Origin: Aureliella sp.
Lineage (GTDB): Bacteria; Planctomycetota; Planctomycetia; Pirellulales; Pirellulaceae
Length of the DNA: 64,000 nucleotides
Direction of reading: 5' to 3'
Assembly: GCA_963691875.1 (NCBI GenBank)
Contig: OY829846.1
Span: 1,632,001 to 1,696,000, forward strand
Under the pieces are notes generated by a model. It was not told the DNA's origin. It saw only the letters and a list, made by a program, of their open reading frames with translations, and ran no database searches. Below, one piece after another: positions 32,953 to 44,005 of this stretch. Each line of letters starts with the position of its first letter. Position 1 is the stretch's first letter. The position numbers were made by a program, and so were the translations under genes.

Positions 32953-35112
32953 ATGGCATCCTCTCTCCGAAATCTCCCCACTAAGTATCTTTGTTTTCTT
33001 GCTCTGCTACTTTCTTTGCCACTCGCCGTACGGGCGGACGAACTGGAAGAAACAGCATTGAAGATAACTCCTCGGGACGCAGCCTTCTTTTTCAGCAGTG
33101 TGCACTTAAAAGAAAGCTGGAATGATTTCTCGTCAAGCCGACTGATTACGCGACTTCGATCCGTTCCTTACACACAGAGATTAGAAGCAGCACTGTTGGC
33201 TCAGTGGGAGAAAGAAATTGAACCGCTGGGACAGCATCGAGCGATGTTGGAAAGTCCGATCGCTCAGAATGTGTTTGGCCTAGTCCGCCAGATACTTAGT
33301 GACGAAATCTTCGTTTACGATTCCTCAGAATGGAACGCAATGTTCGCAAAGCTTATTGCGTTTCAACAAGAAATTGCAGGAAGGGATCCAACCGAAGTCT
33401 TCGAATACTGGAAAAGTCTGATCAAGGAGAACATGGCGGGAATTGAAATCCCAACGACCGTGATCGGGTGTCGCATCGAGGACGTTGACAATGCGAAACT
33501 GCTGCTGGACGCCCTCGAAGGGTTGTGACGAACGCTCGGCTCACAAATCGACGAAGCTCTGCCATTCTTGGCAAAGCTGAAGCGTTGGGAATTCGAAGAA
33601 GGCCAATCTCTTGTTCTGAGCTCGGATACAAGTCTGATCCCTGTCGACGAGATGTCGGACGTGGAACAAGCAATGTTTGGAGACATGTTCAACCTCCTTG
33701 AAGACTATCAGTTATCTATTGGAGTCGGCGTCAAACACGGAATGTTATTGGTTGCAATCGGGCCAGAAGAGGAGCTGATAGAGGACATCGGCACATCTGA
33801 GAAATCCCTTTTGGATCACTCCTCCAAAGAATTTGTGCGTTCGCAAAACCCTAGGGGACTGCGAGGATTCAGCTACGTCTCCGAGGAGTTCGTACAAGGT
33901 CAATGGGAAGCAAACTTTGGAACATACTTCCAAAATATCGCCGGCGAGCTTCAAAAGCTTCTCTACGAGCAAGCCTTTCTGTACATGCTGGAGGAAGACA
34001 TTTCCGAATCACTCGAAGAGTGGAGTGATCAGATTCAAGCCGATGCAAAGTGGGTTGACGACCGAGTATGGTCCGACGATGAGTTGGTCTCGGAAAATCA
34101 AAGGTGGATATGAGACTCATGGCTACAGCGGTACAAAGTCAAAATTTAGCGTCAACACCGCTCCACTTCGTATTTTGTAAAATGCCGGCAGCTCGCCACT
34201 CCTACTGTTCGCGACCAAACAGGGTGAGAATGAGCTTACCCATGAAATAGTGATGTATCTATTGGAGAAAGCTCCAGGCCACATAAAGCGATTGCTGCAG
34301 ATCGCCGAGGAAAACGCAGAAGACCGGGCATTGGCCAATCGCGTGATTGATGAAGGCATGCCGATAATTCGTGACATGTACGATGTGATGCATGACATGA
34401 TCGGTATAGCGACGAGCGACAACGAGGCGATGTTGGTAATCAGCGGACAGTGGACGATGTCTGAGGATCCGTTTGGAAATCCACTTCCCGAGCCACTGCC
34501 GCTGCCAGAAGTTGCTGTGGCCTTCAAAGTGAAGGATCGAGCACTATTCGAAAAGGGCTGCGAAGAATTGCTTGATCAGATGGACAAGATCCTCAACATG
34601 TTGCGCAGCCTAGAACCGGATTTGATACCACCTGACTATCAGATTCCTCGGCCCACGACGGAAGACTGGAACGGCTCTACCAAGTACAGCTATCCTGAGC
34701 TGACGGCCCTTATGTCTGATGCTCTTCCGGGGCTCGTCCCACAAGTCTCCATCAGTGATGAAGCGGTTGTAGTGGGGTACAGCAAGGATCAAGTACAGGA
34801 GATGCTGTCGGCACGGCCTTTGCAACACAAACCCAATTGGCTCAAATCCAATACGCCGGTTTCAACCTTACTTATGTCGATTTTGCTGGAGCGATACGTA
34901 CCATCGGAAAGTGGGTCGAATTCATTATGTTGTCCAGCGGTGTCTCGATGGATGAACCTCTTGGACCAGGTACTGCAACAGAGCCTGTGCCAACGGGTGA
35001 GGAAATATTGCAGCTGTGGAGTTGCTTGACTACGCTTGGCAAGCTGGCCGTCACCACCAATGTACAAGAAGATGGAACGATCGTATCTCGTGCCGTATGG
35101 GTGGAAGATTAA
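32953..35112 (+). pseudogene. Disrupted large exported hypothetical protein (four fragments)
   Basis: Signal peptide; in-frame TGA 33526-33528, frameshift near 34060, in-frame TAA 34178-34180, frameshift near 34860; fragments read as one continuous protein. Confidence 0.75.
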
Positions 35113-35132
35113 CCGAAAGTTGGAACGACAAA

Positions 35133-35165
35133 TAAAAAGGGACGTGCGACTGTTCGCACATCCCT
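35133..35165 (-). terminator. Terminator hairpin between convergent genes
   Basis: AGGGA-C-GTGCGA-ctgt-TCGCAC-A-TCCCT with an A-run 5' on the plus strand (U-tract on the minus strand). Confidence 0.6.
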
Positions 35166-35191
35166 GGATGTTGTTTCAATTTTCACAAGTC

Positions 35192-36214
35192 TTATTTTTT
35201 GGCCGTTGGAATCTCAACGCTCTCCAACGCAAAGTCAACATCGAGGGCCAAGTCGTCCTCTTGCAAGTCTGTCTTGATCCAGATCTTTCCTGAATGATTG
35301 CCTGCAGCAAGTTCACCGGCAAGTAGATCTAGGTTCACCAAGTGTGCCTTGCGAGACTGTTCGATCGGTTCAAAGTCTACCTCAATCTCATCGGATCGAA
35401 TTCCCAAGATTCGGAATGGCTTCTTGCCTTTTACCACAATTCGCTTAGAGATCGAAGACTTAGGCTGAATCTTGCCAAGCTCGAGACGCGTGGGGCTGAG
35501 TTGAATCGCTGAGCGAACGTCACCGCTGATCGCGACGGGGACTTCCGTAAGGCGGCGATCATTCGTTCGCAATACCAGCTGCCCGTTGAAGAAGCCAAGT
35601 GGTGCATTGTCTTTGAGTTCAACGTTGAGCTTGTATTGAATGCGGCCGTTCTGGCGACCAGCTTCCTCAATGCTAGCTGAGATGAATGGTGAGTCAGACT
35701 TTACTTCTTGAATCGCCCAGTTGCTCCGACCAGCATAGGCGACATCAAGCGACAGCTTCTTGGACTCACCCAAAACGACTTCACCAAAGGCAGCCGACCC
35801 CGGCGCGACAACTACGTCGCTGCGAATGTAGCCGCGAACCGTTAGTTGCACTTCAGTGTAAATTGGCTTCACGATCGTGACTGTGACAGTCGCTTGCTTC
35901 TGCCCGGTGAAAGTTCCTGTATTGAACTTGGCAAGAATCGTACCGGTCTCACCGGGTGCGATTTTCTTGGTTTCGATCGTCGGAGTCGTACACCCACAGC
36001 TGGTGCGAATGCTCCCGAGCTCGATCGTCTTGTCAGAAGTATTCTTGATCGGAAAACGGTATTCTGTCTTCGCTGAGCGTGCGACGGTACCAAAGTCATG
36101 TGTGCGATTGTCCAGCGGGAACGCATCGCGAAGCCAGCTCGTGCTTTGTGCAACTCCGTTAGAGCAAAGGAACAGGCATATAAGCGGGGCGAGGCCACGG
36201 CAGAATCGAGTCAT
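35192..36214 (-). CDS. DUF1573 (Ig-like repeats) exported protein
   Basis: HDFGTV...F.IKN...IRTSCGCT...IAPGETG motif; signal peptide. Confidence 0.88.
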   Translation of the reverse strand: MTRFCRGLAPLICLFLCSNGVAQSTSWLRDAFPLDNRTHDFGTVARSAKTEYRFPIKNTSDKTIELGSIRTSCGCTTPTIETKKIAPGETGTILAKFNTGTFTGQKQATVTVTIVKPIYTEVQLTVRGYIRSDVVVAPGSAAFGEVVLGESKKLSLDVAYAGRSNWAIQEVKSDSPFISASIEEAGRQNGRIQYKLNVELKDNAPLGFFNGQLVLRTNDRRLTEVPVAISGDVRSAIQLSPTRLELGKIQPKSSISKRIVVKGKKPFRILGIRSDEIEVDFEPIEQSRKAHLVNLDLLAGELAAGNHSGKIWIKTDLQEDDLALDVDFALESVEIPTAKK

Positions 36215-36735
36215 GACAGTCTCCAGCGAATTGGCGGGCGGATACTTGGGAGACTATAGATAGCGTTGGATGTAGCTAGAATCCGCAGAACTGTTACCGC
36301 TTCTCACTCGAAAGCAAGCTGTGCAGGTTTTGGCTTCGCCCTACCAATTGTCTCTTCTGTATATATCTCATAGTGGGGTGCAGGCCAGGAAAAGGCCAGA
36401 ATATTTTCCGAGGTTTGGGAAGTTTTTTCGGTGGATGGGCGGACAGCTGAGCTGGATGATTGGCAAATGTCTCTGGCGATTCAGATCCCGAACCGTGGCC
36501 GAGGCAACAAGACCAAGACTTAATCCGATAAAGAGCGAAGCGATATTGCGGAGGATTGGAGGGCGAGCCGGCGTCTGCGTGGGTAGGCGTTGAGCAAAGA
36601 AACGGGGATGCCAGTGTCTGCGGAAAATGGTGTTTTAACAAAGAACGCGCTCAATGCCAGCTGAATTCCCCCTCGTTGACGTTTCGGCTTGAGATGGAGG
36701 CGTCGGGGATTCGAGTCTCCTTCTACGAGCGCACG

Positions 36736-36785
36736 AAAAAAAAGCGGCCAGAATTTACCCGATGGGTAATCTGACCGCCTTTTTG
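36736..36785. terminator. Bidirectional terminator-like hairpin downstream of the YTV gene
   Basis: A8-GCGGCCAGA..TTACCC-gat-GGGTAA-TCTGACCGC..TTTTT. Confidence 0.65.
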
Positions 36786-36928
36786 CTTAACTCCACCAGA
36801 TTTACATCCGGGCGGGTGAAAGGCATTGCAATTGGCAGTACTATAGCTTGTCCTCACCACCCAACCGGATGGACATCGCGTCGGTGCCAAAGCTCTGGCA
36901 CGATGCTCACCTCGAATTGGTGTTGAGA

Positions 36929-38695
36929 CTAGCAGCCGCATCCGCTGTCGCAGCTCATTTCGCAACCACAGCTTGGCTCAGCGTCACAGCAAGGCGCTGC
37001 ATCGCAGCAAGAGCTGCGCTTCTTGCATCCGCCGAAGAGCTTCTTCAGGATGCCAACGCGAGCTGCCTTGCAGCAAGATCCGCATGGGTCGCAAGCGTCT
37101 CCGCAGCCATTGCCACAACCGTTGTTTCCGCAGCCGCAGCACACTTCAACAGGTACTTGCTCGCAAACAACGCGTGGAACGCAAACCTCTACGGTGTAAG
37201 GAACGCAAACAGGAACTCGCTTGCAGACCTTGATAGTCTTTTGCTCGCAAGTTGGAACACATACGGTGTATGGAACTTGCTTGCAAACTGTTTCGCACTC
37301 GTAGCGGCAAGTGGTGTAAGTCTGAGTCTTGCACTCAGGAACCATCTTGCATGTGCGGTAGCACACGTCCTTAGTACGTTGCTCGCAAACCCACTCGCAG
37401 GTGCAGTAGTTAACCGTCTTGGTGCGGCATTCTGGAACCATCTTGCAGGTGGTGTAAGTGCAGGTACGTTGCTTGCACTCAGGAACCATCTTGCAAGTCG
37501 TGTAAGTGCAAGTACGTTGCTTGCACTCAGGAACCATCTTGCAGGTGGTGTAGTTGCAGGTACGTTGCTTCTGCTCGCAAACCATGCGGCATACTTGGTA
37601 TGTGCAGGTCTTGCTTCGGCACTCAGGAACCATCTTGCAAGTCGTGTAGTTTACGGTCTTGCTGCGGCACTCAGGAACCATCTTGCATACGGTGTAAGGA
37701 ACGCACTCGGTTACGCACTTAGTAACACATTTAGTGCATTGGATTTCCTTGGTTTCGCAAGTTGGAACCCAAACCTTCTTGCAGATCGTCCGTGGTGGGC
37801 ACTGGATGCACTCAACACGGCACTCGCCTGGGCAGTAAACGCACTTGCACTTGGAAGCGTCCCAAGTCCAGTTGCCTGGCTCGCGAACAGTTCGCTTGCG
37901 GACAGGACCAGGAATGGTTTCAGTCTTCTCTTCCCAGTGACCACCCTTAACCGTAACGGTACGGGTGTAAGGAACTTGCTCGGTAACGCGACGAACGACG
38001 TTACGTGTACGAGTTTCCTTTTGAGGAACCATGACGGTGTAGTTCACGACCTTGCTGTGCTGCTCGCGAACTGGCTTCAAGACGGTGTAATTGATAACTC
38101 GCTCGCGAGTTTCGTATACAGGTCGCTTCACGGTGTAGTTGATAACCTTGCTATGAGTTTCATAGACAGGCTTCATGACCGTGTAATTGATAACCTTGCT
38201 GTGCTTCTCATAAACAGGCTTCATCACTGTGTAGTTGATGACCTTGCTATGAGTTTCGTACACAGGCTTCATGACCGTGTAGTTCACTTGCTTGCTGTGT
38301 TGGTGATACACAGGGCGGCGAACGTTATAGGTCACCTGCTTCGTGTGGTTTTCATACACAGGCTTCATCACTGTGTATTGACGAGTCTTGGTCTCGTAAA
38401 CAGGCTTACGCACTGTTTGGTTGACCGTGCGGTAACGAGTCTCTTGGCGTGAGCCGCGGACGTTGATTACCTTGTCTTCCATCACCGTTTGGTATTCGGT
38501 GCGGGTGCGCTGCTCAGTTCGCTTTTCGTAAACTGTGCGTCGCACTGTCTTCATGACTGTGGTTGTCGCAGGGCCGCAGCCTCCAGAGACTTCACCGCAG
38601 TCTTGGTAGCTAATCGCACCACTGTAGTGGGCGTTAGCTTGTCCAGCGAACGCTGCCATACAGACAAGTGCTGGTACCAAAAACAGCCTTCTCAT
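36929..38695 (-). CDS. Secreted YTV-repeat, cysteine-rich protein (putative envelope/structural protein)
   Basis: Signal peptide ending ANA; 16-aa repeats YTVMKPVYETHSKVIN and YTTCKMVPECKQRTCT; CGC-rich tail; GGAG RBS. Confidence 0.88.
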   Translation of the reverse strand: MRRLFLVPALVCMAAFAGQANAHYSGAISYQDCGEVSGGCGPATTTVMKTVRRTVYEKRTEQRTRTEYQTVMEDKVINVRGSRQETRYRTVNQTVRKPVYETKTRQYTVMKPVYENHTKQVTYNVRRPVYHQHSKQVNYTVMKPVYETHSKVINYTVMKPVYEKHSKVINYTVMKPVYETHSKVINYTVKRPVYETRERVINYTVLKPVREQHSKVVNYTVMVPQKETRTRNVVRRVTEQVPYTRTVTVKGGHWEEKTETIPGPVRKRTVREPGNWTWDASKCKCVYCPGECRVECIQCPPRTICKKVWVPTCETKEIQCTKCVTKCVTECVPYTVCKMVPECRSKTVNYTTCKMVPECRSKTCTYQVCRMVCEQKQRTCNYTTCKMVPECKQRTCTYTTCKMVPECKQRTCTYTTCKMVPECRTKTVNYCTCEWVCEQRTKDVCYRTCKMVPECKTQTYTTCRYECETVCKQVPYTVCVPTCEQKTIKVCKRVPVCVPYTVEVCVPRVVCEQVPVEVCCGCGNNGCGNGCGDACDPCGSCCKAARVGILKKLFGGCKKRSSCCDAAPCCDAEPSCGCEMSCDSGCGC

Positions 38696-39062
38696 TGTTC
38701 CCGTTCTCCTAAAACTTACGTGTGTACTGGATGTATCTGGTGGGGCGCCAGTCCGCCCATGGTGTTAAGCAAGCATTTCTTGGCAAAGCCTTTCAGCTTC
38801 CAGCGAAACACAAATCAGCTACAAAGGACCAAACCTGACAGTTCCTGCCGGAATCTGCGAGGCCTGGACAAGAGCCGCAACATGCGAAAGATGGAAAGTC
38901 TGCCCAGAATCTGCTCGTAGCAGGACTTACATCGACCGCCTAGATAGCATTGCTCAGGACATTTAGGTAAGCGCGTAAGTTTTGGAAGATTGCAGAGAAT
39001 GTTTCGGGTAGCTGAAATAGGCTACTACTTTTGCGCCGGCGGAAACGGTTATACTGCCTCCG

Positions 39063-39767
39063 ATGAATATGAACCCCTACGATCAAAATGAAGCGCCGAA
39101 TGACGAGAATACAGCTTCTGTCCCCACGGTTGGTTCTGAGGATATCCCCGCTGCAACGGCTAGCCGATTAGGACTTTACCTGCGCGAACTGCAGCATTTT
39201 ATGCGTAGCGGCACAGAAACGATTAAGAGCAATGCGCTCGGCCGGAGGTTGGGGCTTAGCGATTCGCAAATCCGAAGAGACCTGGCTCTTTTTGGAGAGT
39301 TCGGGAAACGAGGTGTGGGATACAACGTGGAGGGGCTGGTTCACGCCCTCCGCCGAGCTCTCGGTACCGATGGGACTTGGAATACGATTTTGGTCGGCCT
39401 TGGAAACCTGGGGAACGCGCTCGTTCGCTATCGAGGTTTTGAGCAACAAGGCTTCAGGCTGCAGGCAATTTTTGAAGCCGACGCCACCAAGATTGGCCAA
39501 GAAATCGACGGTATTCCGATTTACAACATCGAAGAGCTAGAAAAGATGGTGCCTCAACTGAAGCCGCAGATGGCGATTTTGGCGGTTCCTGTCGGTCCCG
39601 CACCAGCTCTTGCAAAGCGGCTGGCCGACCTCGGAATCTCGGGAATCCTGAACTTTGCTCCCGTCAGCTTGTCTATTAAGAAGGAAGTCCCCACGGTAGA
39701 CGTCGATTTGGCAGTGGAACTCCAAAGGCTGGCGTTTGCGGTTGTCAATTCGGACCGGTCAAGCTAA
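39063..39767 (+). CDS. rex: Redox-sensing transcriptional repressor Rex
   Basis: RLGLYLR, QIRRDLALFGEFGKRGVGY, GLGNLGNAL NAD-binding motif, GILNFAP. Confidence 0.95.
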   Translation: MNMNPYDQNEAPNDENTASVPTVGSEDIPAATASRLGLYLRELQHFMRSGTETIKSNALGRRLGLSDSQIRRDLALFGEFGKRGVGYNVEGLVHALRRALGTDGTWNTILVGLGNLGNALVRYRGFEQQGFRLQAIFEADATKIGQEIDGIPIYNIEELEKMVPQLKPQMAILAVPVGPAPALAKRLADLGISGILNFAPVSLSIKKEVPTVDVDLAVELQRLAFAVVNSDRSS

Positions 39768-39909
39768 TTTAGGCGATCAAAGAAATTGGGTAAAGCGTGC
39801 ACTAAAAAGTTGCCGATTCCCCAAAACCGACTCCCGCTGAGTGGAGGCATTCAGTAGACTCCGCATTTCTTCCGTGGAAGATTTTAAAACGAAACACAAG
39901 CGAACAGAC

Positions 39910-39980
39910 TGCCCGGTGGTGTAATGGTAACACTACTGATTTTGGTTCAGTCATTCATGGTTCGAGTCCATGCCGGGTAG
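39910..39980 (+). tRNA. tRNA-Gln (TTG)
   Basis: TGCCCGG/CCGGGTA acceptor stem, ACTGA-TTTTGGT-TCAGT anticodon arm, CATGG-TTCGAGT-CCATG T-arm. Confidence 0.95.
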
Positions 39981-39989
39981 CTTCGCTTT

Positions 39990-41240
39990 TCATACATCCC
40001 CTGGTTTCCGGCCAGGGGTTTTTTCGTCTCTATGGTCAGAATGCGCCCCCAAACAGGCCTGTGCAGCACCGCTTTTCGCACCGCTTTTTTGTATGCGATA
40101 AGCACCGAGTCCAGGCTTCTGTTCGTCGACGAAGTCAGTGGACTTAATCAGCCGGTAATTGCGTTCGGCAACCTGGGTAGTGTTGCCAATCCACAGACAA
40201 GCGCGGCGCAGACCTACTAGGTCCATCAAGTCAGTTTCGCGCGACGCACGCAGCGAATTGAAGAACTCCTTCCAAGGCTCATGCCCCGCCTTCCTGACCC
40301 ATCGCTTCAAGGTAGTTGCTGGGTTGCTTAGGTGTCGGCAGTGGGGAAGCACGTAGGCACTGTCCTGATTCCTCTCGTGCATCCGCTTCAGAAGTGGCGC
40401 TATTTCGTCGAAGATTGGCACCAAGCGATTTGCCTTAGCTTGTCGTTCAGTTTTAGGTGACTTAATGCAAATCGTGTTAGCTTCCCAGTCGATGTCATCC
40501 CAAGCTGGGTTCTGAATCTCAGACGGAATCCTACAGCCCAGCCAACGAGATAAAGCCAGCAAAAGAGCCCACTCTGTTTTCTCCTCTGGGATAATCGCAA
40601 TTACGTCCTCGATGATGTGCTCCGGCACGTACTGCTTATCTGCGACCCCCACGGCGACGGGAAGAGACCTCAGAACGAACTTGTTGGATTCGATAAGCTC
40701 CATTTCCACCGCATCGTGCAGCACTTCCCGGCAGCGTGCTAGACGCTTCTTAGCCGTGTTCTCGCCGATGGAGTTGAGCATGTGAGAATAGAAGCCTTTC
40801 GCATGGGCTCCAGTCAGGTCTCGCAACTTGATGTTCTTTGGCAGATAGCTCGTGCATTGGTTGAGTGCAATTTCCAACTGCTCAATGGTTCCTGGCTTAA
40901 CTGTTTGACGTTTGCGAGCCAAGAAGTCGGCTGAGTGCTCTTCCCAGGTGATTGTCTTGGTACGGTCTGGAGCAGAACAGAGAGACGCAGCAACTAGGTT
41001 CTCAAGTAGCCTTCCATTAACTGATTCAAGCCACTGCTGAACCTTTGGCGGAATGTCCAGTGCATTGTCTCTGGCTTCAACTAACTGTGTGATGAAGCCA
41101 TCTATTTCGACAGCAGCTTTTTCTGAGATGTTGCCAAGTCGAATCGTTGTACGCCTGCCATCTGGCAAGTAAACCTGACGCTTAAAAAGATACTTGCAGC
41201 CGTTCTTGGCTCGTTTTGCAACTTCTTTTTGTAGTGGCAT
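39990..41240 (-). mobile_element. Tyrosine recombinase/phage-type integrase adjacent to tRNA-Gln
   Basis: GCRIPSE (Arg), SPKT (Lys), NSLRASRET, WIGNTxxVAxxNY (Tyr); AGGAGG RBS before ATG at 41240; stop codon 9 nt from the tRNA 3' end. Confidence 0.9.
39998..40024 (+). terminator. Terminator after tRNA-Gln (overlaps the integrase 3' end)
   Basis: CCCCTGG-tttccgg-CCAGGGG followed by TTTTTT. Confidence 0.7.
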
Positions 41241-42267
41241 GATGCTGACCTCCTGTTTGGTCAACCCTGTGATTTGTAAGGGGCAACCGTACAGGTGACG
41301 GCGTTCGGCATGCCATCATCGGGTTGCCTAATGGTCCATAACGTCTCCGGTATCGAATCCGAATGCTTGATCGTTCGTCGGGGAAAGAGCTTGACTCATT
41401 CTTTGCTAAAGTCAGCTATGACGTAATGGTACGTCCGGGAGCATATCGTAAAATTCGATCGACTGTTTCGTCCGGTCCGCAAATCAAGACCTTTGAATTT
41501 GATGACGCAGCCCAACCCAAGAGTCCGGTGGAGAAATGGCTCGAACACTCCGCAATATTCATCGTGCACCATTCATCTGGGTGATGCTTTCAGTGTTCGT
41601 GCTGTGCAACGTCTGCGTTGTATTTGCGTTTTGGACGATCCACGCAAAGGTTCAAACAGATGCTATGTATGGCCAACTTTTTCCGTCCGGTTGATGCAGG
41701 TGACACTGGGTATGATGATTGGCCAGTCAACATCGTTGCTGCTTCGTTTGGCCTCACTGATGGAAACAACGCACAGCAGTCGATATCAGCGTATCTCATG
41801 ATCGCGGCGATTGTCCCCGTAATAGGTGGAACGGTGCATGCTCTGAGCACGCTGTCCCAAACGTCACAGACACTCGAAAAGAACGATGCTAGCCCTGTGG
41901 CTGAATCGGCTTTGCTGGTTGTCAACGGTGTTGTGCTCGCGGCTTTTTTGATATTGCTCTGTTCCGGCAACGCATTTCAACCATGGACTTAGTTGCCAAA
42001 TTCCAATCCGTCACTGACAAGAAGCCTAACCACACTGCAATGCGTATAGCACCACCATTCACGTAGCGGATCACGACCGAGCTGTAGCCTCTCGCCCTGC
42101 TGTAGTCGCGAATCGCTCCGCGAGCGCTGTGTGCTTCGAATGACATAGCTCCGTTATTCATGCCGCGCGACTTACCCAGCGGAACAAAAATACTTGGGTC
42201 GCTTGTATGTTGCACGCGCTACGATCGCAGCGTGATCAGCGACTATAATTTGTTCACTCAGAACAGA

Positions 42268-43122
42268 ATGCCCCCAACCTTCAAGGCAACCCCATTCGTG
42301 CGAACTACACTGCTCTTCATGCTCTTTGTGCTAATGTCCATCCAGTTTTTCGGACGCGCTGCTAAGGCCCAGCAACGGACGCATCAGCTTGCTAAAACGA
42401 CATGCGAAGGTACTTACAAGCATCACTTGCAGGGAATCTGCACGGACGGAGAGTCGATATACTGGTCCTTCACCACAACGCTGGTCAAAACAGACCTCGG
42501 TGGAAAAGTATTGATGCAGATTCCGGTTTCGAATCATCACGGTGATCTCTGCTTCCGCGAAGGGAAGATCTATGTCGCAGTGAACCTTGGCAAATTCAAT
42601 GACGCAAAGGGCAACGCCGATTCATGGGTTTACGTTTATGATGCTAGAAACCTGCAGGAAATTGCTCGCCATGAGACTCGCGAGGTCTTCCATGGGGCGG
42701 GTGGCATTGGCGTTGTTGATGATCATTTCTTCGTGGTAGGCGGATTGCCCCCAGGAGTCACCGAAAACTATGTCTACGAATACGACGGTCAATTTGGTTT
42801 CGTAGAAAAACATGTGATCAAGAGCGGTCACACGCTAATGGGAATCCAGACGGCAACTTTCGCTCACGATCGCTGGTGGTTCGGTTGCTACGGTAATCCC
42901 AAAATACTGCTTGTCACCGACAGAGACTTCAAGATGATCGGCCGCTACGAGTTCGATTGCTCGCTTGGCATCGAAGGTCTCCCGCAAGGCCGTTTGCTGG
43001 CGGCGACTGGGCAGTGTTCCAAGGAGACGGGTTGTGTCGGAAGTGTACGACTAGCGAGCCCAAATAAGAATGCTGGGCTGAAGTACCTACCAACGAAAGA
43101 GGATAAGAAAGATGAGCACTAG
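42268..43122 (+). CDS. Exported hypothetical protein, probable beta-propeller
   Basis: Signal peptide ending AKA; repeated short beta-strand units (HLQGIC..., HHGDLC..., HGAGGI..., GIQTAT...). Confidence 0.75.
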   Translation: MPPTFKATPFVRTTLLFMLFVLMSIQFFGRAAKAQQRTHQLAKTTCEGTYKHHLQGICTDGESIYWSFTTTLVKTDLGGKVLMQIPVSNHHGDLCFREGKIYVAVNLGKFNDAKGNADSWVYVYDARNLQEIARHETREVFHGAGGIGVVDDHFFVVGGLPPGVTENYVYEYDGQFGFVEKHVIKSGHTLMGIQTATFAHDRWWFGCYGNPKILLVTDRDFKMIGRYEFDCSLGIEGLPQGRLLAATGQCSKETGCVGSVRLASPNKNAGLKYLPTKEDKKDEH

Positions 43123-44005
43123 TTTAGCCTCCAACCGCTGTGGACGACGCTCTTTTCTGCAAAATGGTGCACTAGTACTTACAACAGGAGTAGTTGCTTC
43201 GCGCTCGTTGTTGGCAGATCCCAACCCTCCGTCCGCTACGGTGGGTCTCGTCACAGATCTTCACTATGCCGATAAACCACCAGCTGGCTCACGGCACTAC
43301 CGTGAGACACCTGACAAGCTGGCCGATGCAGCAGAATATTTCACGAAGCAGCAGCCAAACTTCATCATAGAGCTCGGTGATTTCATCGACGCTGCTGACA
43401 GCGTGGATGCTGAACTGGGCTACTTGAAGAAGATCAATCGAGAATTCTCAAGCATATGCAAACAACGGCATTATGTGCTGGGCAATCACTGCGTGCACAC
43501 ACTCACGAAGGAAGAGTTCCTTGGTGGCGTCGAGCAGGAAAAGTCTTACTACTCTTTCGATCAAGGCGATTTTCACTTTGTAGTCCTCGACTCATGCTTC
43601 CGAAGTGATGGCGAGCCCTACGGAAGGAAGAATTTCAAGTGGACCGATCCAAACATTCCTGCGGCAGAAATGAAGTGGCTCAAGGATGACCTAGCAAGCA
43701 CTAACAAGAGTACGGTTGTGTTCGCGCATCAACGTCTCGACGTCAGTAATCAGCACGGAGTGAAGAACGGAGCGGAGGTTCGCAAGGTGTTGGAAGATTC
43801 CGGCAAAGTCCTAGCAGTATTCCAAGGACACAGCCACAAAAACGACCACAAAGACATTGGAGGAATCCACTACTGCACGCTAGTCGCCATGGTCGAAGGC
43901 TCAGGAGCCGAAAGCAACGGCTACTCCCTGATGAAAATCAGCCCGGACGGAACCATTAGTGTCGATGGCTTTCGCAAGCAATCCGACTATCATTGGACGA
44001 GCTGA
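43112..44005 (+). CDS. Tat-exported calcineurin-like metallophosphoesterase
   Basis: GRRSFL Tat motif; TDLHYAD, LGDFID, LGNHC, FAHQ, QGHSH motifs. Confidence 0.92.
   Translation: MSTSLASNRCGRRSFLQNGALVLTTGVVASRSLLADPNPPSATVGLVTDLHYADKPPAGSRHYRETPDKLADAAEYFTKQQPNFIIELGDFIDAADSVDAELGYLKKINREFSSICKQRHYVLGNHCVHTLTKEEFLGGVEQEKSYYSFDQGDFHFVVLDSCFRSDGEPYGRKNFKWTDPNIPAAEMKWLKDDLASTNKSTVVFAHQRLDVSNQHGVKNGAEVRKVLEDSGKVLAVFQGHSHKNDHKDIGGIHYCTLVAMVEGSGAESNGYSLMKISPDGTISVDGFRKQSDYHWTS

Noticed and set aside
33526..33528. In-frame TGA as a second possible Sec codon
   Set aside because: The context (LEGL*RTLG) is not a redox motif, there is no evident hairpin, and the same gene has a TAA and two frameshifts.
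35171..35188. TTGTTTCAATTTTCACAA resembling a Rex operator
   Set aside because: The left half matches the TTGTGAA consensus poorly and the site lies between two convergent gene ends, not in a promoter.
37300..38420. Regularly spaced DNA repeats (e.g. GCACTCAGGAACCATCTTGCA, 48-bp period) resembling a CRISPR array
   Set aside because: They are the coding repeats of the 16-aa YTV units; the intervening sequences are similar to each other and no cas genes are present.
36848..38452. 534-aa plus-strand ORF
   Set aside because: Antisense shadow of the repetitive YTV gene; the minus strand has the RBS, signal peptide and recognisable repeats.
41363..42215. Several short overlapping ORFs upstream of the integrase (possible excisionase or cargo)
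   Set aside because: No HTH or other motif recognised, and the coding strand cannot be chosen from sequence alone.
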